A DNA stretch of 32,000 bases from contig NC_010814.1 in NCBI RefSeq assembly GCF_000020385.1, positions 3,780,001-3,812,000 of the forward strand, written 5' to 3'. This document shows positions 10,113 to 19,212 of this stretch, piece after piece. The first letter of the stretch is position 1, and every line of letters starts with the position of its first letter. Position numbers and translations under genes: made by a program. The notes under the pieces are model-generated. The model was given only the letters and a program-made list of their open reading frames with translations. It was not told where the DNA came from and made no database searches. Source of the DNA: Trichlorobacter lovleyi SZ. Its GTDB lineage: Bacteria; Desulfobacterota; Desulfuromonadia; Geobacterales; Pseudopelobacteraceae.

Positions 10113-11225
10113 ATGTCCCTCACCACCGCAGACCTCGACCAGCCCGTTGAAATCAGCAATGACATTTTCTGGGTCGGTTCCGGCAGCAAGGCCTTCCTCA
10201 GCAGAAACTGTTACCTGCGTATCTTCAAAGGTGGCGGCAATGTCGCCAACATGCTGATCGATCCGGGGCCGGCCAGCGATCTTGACGACCTGATCACCAA
10301 GGTGACCAAGGTTCTGGGAGACATCACCAAGGTGAACCTGATCTTCATCAATCACCAGGACCCCGACGTTGTCGGTAATGTCCCCTATCTGGGCAAGATC
10401 AATCCGCGCCTCACGGTTCTGGCCTCTGAAGACACCTGGCGGCTGGTCAGCCTGAACAGCCCCAAGGTCGGTTTCAAAGCGATTGAGCGCTTCAAAAATC
10501 TCAGGATCTCGCTGAATACGCAACAGTACCACCGGCTCCAGTTCATCCCGACCCCCTTCTGCCACTTCAGAGGGGCTTGCATGCTGTACGATCTGGAATC
10601 ACGGATACTCTTTACCGGAGATTTCATGGGCGGTATTGCTGCCACCGGACTTGAGGCGACCGAGGCCAACTGGGCCGGCATTAAGGCCTTTCATCAGCTG
10701 TACATGCCCAGTAATGAAGCGATCCGCAAGGCTGTCCAGAAGATCAGGGAGCTTGATCCGCCGCCGCTGATGCTTGCCCCTCAGCATGGCGGCATTATTC
10801 AAGGGGCCCTGATTGATGAATTTCTCAGCCGGATGGAAGAACTGCCGGTGGGACTTGATATCATTTCATCGCTGGAGGGTAAGTTTTCACTGTTGATCGC
10901 CTCTCTGAACGAGATTATCGGCACCTTTAAAGAGATCAGCGATGAACAGACAGCCCGCCGGGTACTGGCCTATTTTGAACCCGACGGCAGTTATCCTGCG
11001 CTGGTCGCCATGTCCCAGGACGGCACCGTCACCGACATCAAGGGTGATCCGCTGGAGGTGGTTGAGGCCCTGATCAAGGTATTTTTGCGGCATGTCGATG
11101 CTGAGCAGCAGAATATCCTCAAGGCAAAGATCTCACGCAGTCTGCTTGAGCATAACCTGCCCCCCTTCGACCTCTTGCTGGCCCAGGATGATGTTGCAAG
11201 CGACATCCTGCTGGAAGATCTCTGA
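10113..11225 (+). CDS. metallo-beta-lactamase-fold, flavodiiron/ODP-like di-metal protein with a non-flavodoxin C-terminal extension
   Basis: ATG 10113 is preceded by CAGGAGA; the ORF-track start 10005 overlaps the upstream gene. Block order matches the di-iron domain of flavodiiron proteins: [21 protein letters not shown] (HxExDH position), PFCHFRG, FTGDFMG, APQHGGI. About 120 C-terminal residues have no motif I recognise. Confidence 0.7.
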   Translation: MSLTTADLDQPVEISNDIFWVGSGSKAFLSRNCYLRIFKGGGNVANMLIDPGPASDLDDLITKVTKVLGDITKVNLIFINHQDPDVVGNVPYLGKINPRLTVLASEDTWRLVSLNSPKVGFKAIERFKNLRISLNTQQYHRLQFIPTPFCHFRGACMLYDLESRILFTGDFMGGIAATGLEATEANWAGIKAFHQLYMPSNEAIRKAVQKIRELDPPPLMLAPQHGGIIQGALIDEFLSRMEELPVGLDIISSLEGKFSLLIASLNEIIGTFKEISDEQTARRVLAYFEPDGSYPALVAMSQDGTVTDIKGDPLEVVEALIKVFLRHVDAEQQNILKAKISRSLLEHNLPPFDLLLAQDDVASDILLEDL

Positions 11226-11278
11226 TAGAAACGGCAGGCCCTGCGACGGCAACACCATTAGCTTTCCGGGAGGATACA

Positions 11279-13255
11279 GTGCTGAAAAACATCAATATCG
11301 TCAATAGAGTACTGTTGATTGGCACGATCATGAGCGCATTGGTGCTGGTCTGCGCCCTTGCCTATTATCTGACGGTTCGGGACAACACCGGGCGGCTCAC
11401 GACGTTGCACGCCGTCCATGTGATCACGGCAATGAATCTGGGCGAAATCTACGCACAGGGGCTGCAGACGGAACAGGCGGTCAGGAATATCGTTATCAAT
11501 CCGCAGGACGAGAAGGCCGCACGGAACTTTGCCAGGGCACTGGAAGAGTTTGACCGGCTCTATACGAAGACGCTTGCTGCTGCCAAAGGCGGAGATTACG
11601 GTACAAGGCTCGAACAGGCCCGCCCGATGTGGGACAAAGGGGTTGTGTTGAAGAAGGAGATCAGCTCCCTGGCCCGGGCCGGTAATCGTGACGCCGCCTT
11701 TCACCTGCTGGTGGATGAAGAGACACCGGTATGGCGCAGCTTCAAAGACGCGATCCTGCAGCTGCAAAAAGAGGCGCAAAAAACGCTGCAACTTGAGGCC
11801 GCTGCGATCAACAGCCATATGGAGAGGACGTTCCGGCTCAACATGGCGATCTTTGTCCTGACCGTCGTCGTAACCATCACCCTGCTGCTGCTATTGGCAA
11901 AGAGTCTCAGGCGGCGGCTGGGCTACATCACCGAACGTCTGAAAGATATCACCACCGGTGAGGGTGATCTGACCAAGCGGATTGAGATGGACAGCAGTGA
12001 TGAGCTGGGGATAATGGCCGGCTATTTCAATCAGGCCTGGGACAAACTGGACCATATGATCGCCCAGGTGGTGGAACACGCCACCCTGGTAGGGACCTAT
12101 GCCGGACAGCTGGCCATCGAGTCGCAACGGATCGTGCGCAGCTCCCGTGAGATCGCCGTTCAGTCATCTGCTGTAGCAACTGCAAGCGAAGAGATGTCGG
12201 CCACCTCAAACGACATTGCCCGCAACTGCTCCATGGCAGCCGAAAGCTCCAGTCTTACCAGCAGGGTTGCCAGCAGCGGCCAGGGAGTGGTGCAGCAGAC
12301 CATCAACCGAATGGGCTCCCTGAAACAGGAGGTGCAATCGTCGGCAACGGTCATTGCCCAGCTTGGCGCCAGCTCGGAAAGGATCGGCCAGATTGCCGGT
12401 ACCATTCAGGATATTGCCGACCAGACCAATCTGCTGGCTCTGAATGCTGCCATTGAGGCGGCCCGGGCCGGAGAACAGGGACGCGGCTTTGCCGTGGTGG
12501 CCGACGAGGTCCGTGCCCTGGCAGAGCGAACCGCCAGGGCCACCCGCGAGATCGGCGAAATGATCGCCTCAATCCAGTGCGAGACCGGCCAGGCAGTTGC
12601 AGCGATGCAACGTTCGGTTGCGGAGGTGGACCAGGGCGTCCATGAAGCCAATGAATCGGGCACGGCGCTGGGGCGGATCATCGGCCAGGTTGATAACGTT
12701 GCCATGCAGGTCAGCCAGATCGCCACTGCTGCCGAAGAGCAGACCGCCACCACGGTTGAGATCGTCGGCAATATCGGCAGGATCTCTGAGTCGGTCGACA
12801 CCTTTGACCGGGCTGCCGCCTCGGTAAACAGCAAGGTACAGCAACTGCTTGACCTGGCTGAACTGCTCAAGCAATCCACCGCAGCCTTCAAGGTAGACAC
12901 CCAGCCGATGCTGATCCTGGATACGGCCAAGTCCGATCATGTACTGTTCGTCAACCGGATTGAGCGCTGCCTGGAGGGCAAGGAGAACATTCAACCCGAC
13001 GCGCTGTCCGACCACACCTCCTGCCGCTTTGGTAAATGGTACTTCAGCGCCGGCAAGGAGTTGTGCTCCCGCGCCCCCAGCTTCCAAACCATCAACGCCC
13101 CCCATGAGCGGATCCACCGCCTGGCCAAACAGGCTGTCGCATTACGCAATGCCGGTGACCTTGCCCAGGCCGAGCAGGTCATGCAGGAGATTGAAGACAT
13201 CTCCGGCGAGATCGTGCAACTGCTGGACAACGTCAAAAACGAGTGCCGTCACTGA
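11279..13255 (+). CDS. methyl-accepting chemotaxis protein (periplasmic helical sensor, HAMP, MA domain) with C-terminal CZB zinc-binding domain
   Basis: GTG start 5 nt after GGAGGA. Two TM segments, HAMP, MCP signalling hairpin ([40 protein letters not shown]). The C terminus fits the published CZB motif: HVLF-x24-CRFGKW-x21-HERIH. Confidence 0.9.
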   Translation: MLKNINIVNRVLLIGTIMSALVLVCALAYYLTVRDNTGRLTTLHAVHVITAMNLGEIYAQGLQTEQAVRNIVINPQDEKAARNFARALEEFDRLYTKTLAAAKGGDYGTRLEQARPMWDKGVVLKKEISSLARAGNRDAAFHLLVDEETPVWRSFKDAILQLQKEAQKTLQLEAAAINSHMERTFRLNMAIFVLTVVVTITLLLLLAKSLRRRLGYITERLKDITTGEGDLTKRIEMDSSDELGIMAGYFNQAWDKLDHMIAQVVEHATLVGTYAGQLAIESQRIVRSSREIAVQSSAVATASEEMSATSNDIARNCSMAAESSSLTSRVASSGQGVVQQTINRMGSLKQEVQSSATVIAQLGASSERIGQIAGTIQDIADQTNLLALNAAIEAARAGEQGRGFAVVADEVRALAERTARATREIGEMIASIQCETGQAVAAMQRSVAEVDQGVHEANESGTALGRIIGQVDNVAMQVSQIATAAEEQTATTVEIVGNIGRISESVDTFDRAAASVNSKVQQLLDLAELLKQSTAAFKVDTQPMLILDTAKSDHVLFVNRIERCLEGKENIQPDALSDHTSCRFGKWYFSAGKELCSRAPSFQTINAPHERIHRLAKQAVALRNAGDLAQAEQVMQEIEDISGEIVQLLDNVKNECRH

Positions 13256-13298
13256 CCATGCAGTACCAGCACCCCTGCCCTCAACCCTGACCAGCATC

Positions 13299-13341
13299 CG
13301 TAACCACCGCGAAGCCCGCAACGGGCTATCCGGTGGTTACG
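13299..13341 (+). terminator. compound hairpin after the chemoreceptor gene (no clear T tract)
   Basis: CGTAACCACCG (13299-13309) pairs with CGGTGGTTACG (13331-13341). An inner stem AGCCCG-caa-CGGGCT lies between them. It starts 44 nt after the stop codon. Confidence 0.4.
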
Positions 13342-13420
13342 CCTCCTTCCTGCAGAGCACCCGATTTACCATTGAATTTTCGAGATTTTACGCTAGACTT
13401 GTCCCTTCACAGGAGGTCAC

Positions 13421-15175
13421 GTGCTGCGTCCAGCCACCCTTTGCATAGCCCTGTTTTTCTGCCTGTTGCTACCATTCAGCGCCTTAGCCAGGCCGATCAT
13501 CGTCGGCGGTGACCGGGACTATCCCCCCTACGAATTTCTCGATCCAAACGGAAAACCGGCCGGTTACAATGTGGAGCTGACCAGGGCGATAGCCGAGGTG
13601 ATGGGACTGCAGGTGGAGTTCCGGCTGGGGGGCTGGTCCGAGCAGCTGCGGGATCTGAAGGAGGGCCGGATCGATCTGCTGCAGGGGATCTCCTGGTCGG
13701 AGCAGCGGGCCGCCCAGATTGACTTCATCCCGCCCCACACCGTTGTCAACCACGCCATCTTTGCCCGCAGGGAATCGCCGGTGGTCAGTTCTCTGGCCGA
13801 GTTGAAGGGCAAAAAGGTCACCCTGCACCGTGACGGGATCATGCATGAACAGCTAAGCCGTCTGGGCTACGGCCCGGATCTGGTGCCCACCTCCACCCCG
13901 GCCGATGCCCTGCGGCTGCTGGCCGCAGGCGGCTGCGACTATGCGGTGGTCGCCATCGTGCCGGGCATGTACATCATCCGCGAATACAAGCTGACCAACC
14001 TGGTGCCGGTGGCCCGCAGCATTGCCGCACAGAAATACGGCCATGCCGTGCGCAAGGGCAACGGCGAACTGCAGGCCAAACTGACCGAAGGGCTGGCAAT
14101 CCTGAAAAAGACCGGCCAGTACGACGAAATCCACACCAGATGGCTGGGGGTGCTGGAGCCGGAGGGCCTGGCCATTGCCAAGGCGATCAGGCTGGCAGCC
14201 CTGGTCGTGGTGCCGCTCTTGCTGGTACTGGGGGGGATGGCGTTCTGGTCCCGCTCACTGCATCAACAGGTGGCCTTGCGGACCGCCGACCTGACCCGTG
14301 AGATTGCCGAGCGGACCACTGCCGAGCAGGAGCTGCGCCGTAATCAGCAGCAGCTGGTGCAGGCCGACAAGATGGCAGCCCTGGGGGTGCTGGTCTCCGG
14401 GGTCGCCCATGAGATCAACAACCCGAACGGCCTGATCCTGCTGAACATGCCGATCCTGAAAGATGTCTGCGCTGATGCCCTGGAGCTGCTGGAACAGCAC
14501 TGCCCGGATCAGGATCAGATCCGGCTGGGTGGGCTGCCGTACCGGCGCATCCGGCAGGAACTGCCCCAAATGCTGGATGAGATGCAGGACGGTGCGCGGC
14601 GGATCAAGCGGATTGTGGAAGACCTGAAGGACTTTGCCCGCCAGGATGATGCCGCCCTGATGGAGCCGCTGAACCTGAACCATGTCGTTCAGGCTGCGGT
14701 ACGGCTGGTGGAGCGTTCATTACGCACGGCAACCAACCGCTTTGAGGCTGAATATGCCGAGCCGTTGCCGCTGGTACAGGGTAACAGCCAACGGATTGAG
14801 CAGATACTGGTCAACCTGCTGCTAAACGCCTGCCAGGCACTCACCGACCAGAATCGTGGCATTTTTCTACGCACCTTTATCGATCATGCAACCAATAGTG
14901 TCGGCGTTTCAGTCCGGGACGAGGGCTGCGGCATCGCCCCGGAGCATCTGGACCGCCTGACCGACCCGTTCTTTACCACCAAGCGGGAGAGCGGCGGCAC
15001 CGGCCTGGGGCTGTCGGTCTCAGCCGGAATCGTCAAGGAGCATGGCGGCAGCCTGCAGTTTTCCTCACCACCCGGCCAGGGCACCACCGTTACCCTGCTG
15101 CTGCCGATCCATACGGAGGCACCCCATCATGTCTGGAACCCTGTTTCCCGCCTTTGGTATCCTGCTGGTGGATGA
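13421..15175 (+). CDS. sensor histidine kinase with periplasmic family-3 solute-binding (amino-acid-binding-like) domain, DctB/NtrB-type H-box
   Basis: GTG start after AGGAGG. Signal/TM, SBP_bac_3-like domain (IIVGGDRDYPPYEF, GYNVEL, GRIDLL), TM AIRLAALVVVPLLLVLGGMAFW, H-box SGVAHEINNP, N-box [26 protein letters not shown]. The 3' end overlaps the next gene by 47 nt. Confidence 0.88.
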   Translation: MLRPATLCIALFFCLLLPFSALARPIIVGGDRDYPPYEFLDPNGKPAGYNVELTRAIAEVMGLQVEFRLGGWSEQLRDLKEGRIDLLQGISWSEQRAAQIDFIPPHTVVNHAIFARRESPVVSSLAELKGKKVTLHRDGIMHEQLSRLGYGPDLVPTSTPADALRLLAAGGCDYAVVAIVPGMYIIREYKLTNLVPVARSIAAQKYGHAVRKGNGELQAKLTEGLAILKKTGQYDEIHTRWLGVLEPEGLAIAKAIRLAALVVVPLLLVLGGMAFWSRSLHQQVALRTADLTREIAERTTAEQELRRNQQQLVQADKMAALGVLVSGVAHEINNPNGLILLNMPILKDVCADALELLEQHCPDQDQIRLGGLPYRRIRQELPQMLDEMQDGARRIKRIVEDLKDFARQDDAALMEPLNLNHVVQAAVRLVERSLRTATNRFEAEYAEPLPLVQGNSQRIEQILVNLLLNACQALTDQNRGIFLRTFIDHATNSVGVSVRDEGCGIAPEHLDRLTDPFFTTKRESGGTGLGLSVSAGIVKEHGGSLQFSSPPGQGTTVTLLLPIHTEAPHHVWNPVSRLWYPAGG

Positions 15176-16535
15176 TGAACCGGCCTGGCTGCGCTCCGTC
15201 TCCCTGACCCTGGAACGCTCCGCCGGCATCACCAACATCCGCAGCTGCTCCGACAGCCGTCAGGTAATGGAGACCCTTGCCGGGGGAGATTTCGGGCTGG
15301 TACTGCTGGACCTGACCATGCCGCACCTCTCCGGCGAAGAGCTGCTGACCCTGATTGCCGAACAGTACCCCGAAATCACCTGCATCGTGATCAGCGGCCT
15401 GAATCAGGTGGCAACCGCGGTCAACTGCATCAAAAAAGGGGCCTTTGACTACTTTGTCAAGACCGTGGAAGAGGATCGGCTGGTGGGAGGGGTACTGCGG
15501 GCGATCAGGATGCTGGAGCTGGAGCGGGAAAACCGGGAGATGCACAGCCGTCTGCTGAGTGGCGGCCTGCGCAGACCGGAGCTGTTCAGCCCGTTTGTGA
15601 CTGCCGACCCGGCCATGCTGACCCAGTTCGCCTATATCGAAGCGGTGGCCAAAAGCCCTCAGCCCCTTTTGATTACAGGCGAAAGCGGCACCGGCAAGGA
15701 ACTTCTGGCACGAGCCGCCCATGGTGCATCCGGCTGCAAAGGGCCGCTGGTGGCGGTCAATGTGGCCGGCCTGGATGACACGGTCTTCAGCGACACCCTC
15801 TTTGGCCACCAGCGCGGCGCCTACACCGGTGCCGACCAGCCCCGCAAGGGGATGATCGAAGAGGCAGCCGACGGCACCCTGTTTCTGGACGAAATCGGCG
15901 ACCTGGGCATCGCCTCACAGGTCAAGCTGCTGCGGCTGCTGCAGGAAGGGGAGTACTACCCGCTGGGCAGCGACCGGCCCAAACGGCTGCGGGCCAGGGT
16001 GATCGTGGCCACCCATGCCGACCTGGCGGCCAAAGAGGCCTCCGGCCAGTTCCGGCGTGACCTCTACTACCGCCTGAAGACCCATCAGGTGCGGATACCC
16101 GCCCTGCGGGACCGGCGCTGCGATATCCCGCTGCTGCTGGAACACTTTCTGGCTGAGGCGGCCCGGGCCCTGGGCAAGAAAAAGCCCACCGCCCCGCGGG
16201 AACTGTCCCAGCTGCTGGCCACCTACTCATTTCCCGGCAACGTGCGGGAGCTGAAGGCGCTGGTCTACGATGCAGTCAGCCTACATGGCAGCGGCGTACT
16301 CTCCATGGAGCGCTTTATAAGCGCCATCGGCCCCCGGTCCGCTGCAACGGCAGCCCCCTCCCCGGAGCGACGCAATCCGTTTCTTTGCTGCGAACGGCTG
16401 CCCACCTTCAGTGAGGCGGCTGAACTGCTGGTCAGCGAGGCGATGCAGCGCAGCAACGGCAACCAGACCATTGCCGCCCGCCTGCTGGGGATTTCGCAGC
16501 CGGCCCTGTCAAAACGTTTGAAACAGCGGGATTGA
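15129..16535 (+). CDS. sigma-54-dependent response regulator (NtrC/DctD family)
   Basis: ATG 15129 after ACGGAGG; the ORF-track start 15042 lies inside the kinase. REC (ILLVDDEP, LLDLTMPHLSG), Walker A GESGTGKE, GAYTGA, GTLFLDEIGD, FPGNVRELK, HTH LLGISQPALSKRLK. Confidence 0.92.
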   Translation: MSGTLFPAFGILLVDDEPAWLRSVSLTLERSAGITNIRSCSDSRQVMETLAGGDFGLVLLDLTMPHLSGEELLTLIAEQYPEITCIVISGLNQVATAVNCIKKGAFDYFVKTVEEDRLVGGVLRAIRMLELERENREMHSRLLSGGLRRPELFSPFVTADPAMLTQFAYIEAVAKSPQPLLITGESGTGKELLARAAHGASGCKGPLVAVNVAGLDDTVFSDTLFGHQRGAYTGADQPRKGMIEEAADGTLFLDEIGDLGIASQVKLLRLLQEGEYYPLGSDRPKRLRARVIVATHADLAAKEASGQFRRDLYYRLKTHQVRIPALRDRRCDIPLLLEHFLAEAARALGKKKPTAPRELSQLLATYSFPGNVRELKALVYDAVSLHGSGVLSMERFISAIGPRSAATAAPSPERRNPFLCCERLPTFSEAAELLVSEAMQRSNGNQTIAARLLGISQPALSKRLKQRD

Positions 16536-16561
16536 CAAGAGCAGAACAAGGGGCAGCCTAT

Positions 16562-17323
16562 ATGGAAAAACTGATTATTGCATTTCTGCTGATGAGCTTG
16601 ACCGTTCCGGCCTGGGCTGCTGAAAAGAAATCTCCTCAAACGATAACCGCTATTGAATATGCGTCTCCCGAACAATCTGTCTGGACGACTCGCACCTATA
16701 CTAACGGTGAACCGGCCAATCCGTTGCTGCGCGTGGCAGAGATACTATTTTCAAAAGCTGGCATCCCTTGGCGCAGCCACAGTTATCCAGCTGCCAGGAT
16801 GTTCAAAAGCTTGCAGGACGGCACGGCACAGTTTTCAATGTTGGTTAAAGCTCCGGCCTTACAGGAGTGTTGCTTACTAAGCCACAAGCCCGTAACTGTT
16901 CTGCAAATCCGGGCATATCATCTTGACGGCACGGCACCGATTAAAAATCTCAACGATTTGACAGGCAAGAACATCATTACCATCCTTGGTTACAGCTACG
17001 GTAGCCTGTCCAGATTCTTGGACGACAAACGTAATCGTATCAATAAAAACGTCGTGCAGACCCATGCTGCGGCATTCAAAATGCTGGCGTTGCGACGCGC
17101 CGATTATGTGATTGATTATGTTGGACCGGCTTCCGAAGTTCTCGTCACCGCGCCCATACCGGATATCCGCTGGGAAGTCCTGTCGCGACAGGATGTACAC
17201 CTGATACTTGCCAAGAATTATCCCGACGCTCCTAAAGTAATGGCCCGCCTGGAGGCTATTGCCGCCACAATCGATATTGAAAGGATTCTTTGGGAAGCTC
17301 AACAAAGGAATATGAATCCATGA
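16562..17323 (+). CDS. periplasmic family-3 solute-binding-protein-like protein (orphan, no permease nearby)
   Basis: ATG 16562 after AAGGGG. Signal peptide MEKLIIAFLLMSLTVPAWA. Length and layout fit a type-3 binding protein. Visibly less GC-rich than its neighbours. Confidence 0.75.
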   Translation: MEKLIIAFLLMSLTVPAWAAEKKSPQTITAIEYASPEQSVWTTRTYTNGEPANPLLRVAEILFSKAGIPWRSHSYPAARMFKSLQDGTAQFSMLVKAPALQECCLLSHKPVTVLQIRAYHLDGTAPIKNLNDLTGKNIITILGYSYGSLSRFLDDKRNRINKNVVQTHAAAFKMLALRRADYVIDYVGPASEVLVTAPIPDIRWEVLSRQDVHLILAKNYPDAPKVMARLEAIAATIDIERILWEAQQRNMNP

Positions 17324-17760
17324 GCCGTATCCAGGCCGAGCAACTGGCCCTGGCCCATTCAGAGTCCGGTCTGCATTGCGCCGAATCTGTGGCCTCAGCC
17401 ATCACAAAACTGTTTTGCCCCGACCAGGCCGGGATCGTCTGCCGGATGGCAACCGGCTTTGGCGGCGGTCTGGCCGGTTCCCGCCAGGAGGCCTGCGGTG
17501 CATTGACCGGCGGCGTGCTTGCCATCGGTCTGCTCTGTGGCAGGACTACGCCGGAACAGGACCGGGAGACGGCCTACCGGATCAGCACCGCCTACCGGGA
17601 GCGGTTCATGGCACGCTTCGGCGCCAGCATCTGCCAGACCCTGCGGGACGGTTTCACCACTGACGATACCAGAACCGCCTGCCGTTCCCTGACTGCCGAA
17701 GCAGCAGGGATGCTGTATGATCTCTTGCAGGAGCATGGCTATGCGGTGAACCGCTTTTGA
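17320..17760 (+). CDS. C_GCAxxG_C_C family (putative redox-active) protein
   Basis: ATGA overlap with the upstream stop. Family signature Cys pattern: LHCAESV, GFGGG, ACGALTGG, plus two further Cys (SICQ, TACR). Confidence 0.8.
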   Translation: MSRIQAEQLALAHSESGLHCAESVASAITKLFCPDQAGIVCRMATGFGGGLAGSRQEACGALTGGVLAIGLLCGRTTPEQDRETAYRISTAYRERFMARFGASICQTLRDGFTTDDTRTACRSLTAEAAGMLYDLLQEHGYAVNRF

Positions 17761-17772
17761 TACGTTAGCTTG

Positions 17773-18056
17773 CTATTCCGGTTCCAGTTCAAGGGAGACG
17801 GCAAAACGGCGAGCAATCCGGCGATGCAACGGCACATGCAGTACATCAGGGAGCCGCAGACCGGCCAGCAGAGCTTGCGCCTTGCAATGGCATCGGTATT
17901 AAAGTCCGGTCATCTGCTCCAGTTGTTCAGGGTAGCGGCCCCGTCGATCGTGCCGGTCAGAAAACCTTTGCCCAGCGGGCTGTAGGCCACCGGACCGATC
18001 CCCAGCGCTTCCAGCACCGCCAGCAGTTGGCCGAAAACAAGCCGCGCCTCAGCCAT
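17773..18056 (-). pseudogene. aldo/keto reductase remnant (N-terminally truncated, frameshifted)
   Basis: The minus-strand translation gives ..LLAVLEALGIGPVAYSPLGKGFLTG.., the classic AKR motif, then a stop. A second frame continues AKR-like (..AQALLAGLRLPDVLHVPL..AVSLELEPE*). There is no sequence for the first ~190 residues. Confidence 0.5.
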
Positions 18057-18188
18057 TGCATGCCATCAAAAACGCGCTACATTATCTTCATAAAGCAGCA
18101 ACTTCAGATGGTATCCGACTGGGCAGACCGAGAACCGGCTTTCAAATAACGTGCAGCAACCTTGAAGCATGCGGCAAAGGAGAGGGAT

Positions 18189-19193
18189 ATGCGTGTTCAT
18201 ACCGGCATAATCATTGGTTGGCTGGCCCTTGCCCTGTCCAGTCAGCCGGCACAACCGCTGGCTGCGGCTGAATTTGAATTTCTGCCCGATCATCCTGGTG
18301 GCTTCAGTGCCACGGCAACCGTCAGCAATGTGCCGGTCAGGAAACTCAGCAAGGCCGATGCCGCAGCCTTTAAGAAAAAGCTGGAACAGCTGCGCAACCT
18401 GCTGGCCAAACAACCGGCGCTGCAGGCCCCCAAAGGGGTGGAGATCATCGGCTACTTCAGGCCGCTTGATGAATTCCCCACGGCCCAGAACCTGCCGGTA
18501 CCCGGCTTCGGCTACCTCAGGTTCCACTTCTATCACCGCGCCAAAAACGGCAAACCGGTCAGGATCTGTTGCACCACCGATGAGATCCATGCCTCAATCA
18601 ATGATCCTGACCAGAGCTTTGAGGTCTATGGCAGCAGGGAGTTTGCCACCAAGACCTTTTATGAACCCGACCTGGTGGGGCAGGTGGATGGTTTTCCACT
18701 CTACCGGACCGCCGGCGGGGATGAACTGCTGGTATTCAACCGTGGCACGGCACGGCCCTGGCTCCCGGTTACCCGGGAGGAGTACGTCACGGCCTGGCTG
18801 ACGTTCTGGCAGAAACAGGTACAGGAATCCGTACCGCAGGACACGATCACCCCGGAGATTGTCAGGCGCCACCAGCAGGCCCTGGCACAGATGAAGCCGG
18901 AGGAACGGACCATGCAGGCCCGTTCGCTGACCTGGGATGTCTATGAACCGACCCTGGCCCCGGTTGGCAGCGCTGAAGGCAGGCCCCTGGTACGGGTCAA
19001 CCCGGACTGGTTTGACCCCGGCCTGCCGCGCAGTGCCATACAGCTGCTGGTGCTCAGGTTCAGCACAACCGGCCTGATGGACCCGATCCAGCCCGGACCG
19101 TCGAAAACCGGCAATGTCAGTGCCTACCGGGTCTGGCAGGTGTTGCACAGCTCAAACTGGAAAGAGGTCAGCACTGTTTTGACCACCAGGTAA
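18189..19193 (+). CDS. secreted hypothetical protein (no recognisable domain)
   Basis: ATG 18189 after AAGGAGAGGG. Signal peptide MRVHTGIIIGWLALALSSQPAQPLAAA. 334 aa, GC3-rich. Ends 19 nt before the frnE-like start. Confidence 0.75.
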   Translation: MRVHTGIIIGWLALALSSQPAQPLAAAEFEFLPDHPGGFSATATVSNVPVRKLSKADAAAFKKKLEQLRNLLAKQPALQAPKGVEIIGYFRPLDEFPTAQNLPVPGFGYLRFHFYHRAKNGKPVRICCTTDEIHASINDPDQSFEVYGSREFATKTFYEPDLVGQVDGFPLYRTAGGDELLVFNRGTARPWLPVTREEYVTAWLTFWQKQVQESVPQDTITPEIVRRHQQALAQMKPEERTMQARSLTWDVYEPTLAPVGSAEGRPLVRVNPDWFDPGLPRSAIQLLVLRFSTTGLMDPIQPGPSKTGNVSAYRVWQVLHSSNWKEVSTVLTTR

Positions 19194-19212
19194 ACTGCAG
19201 GGGGAGAACACC

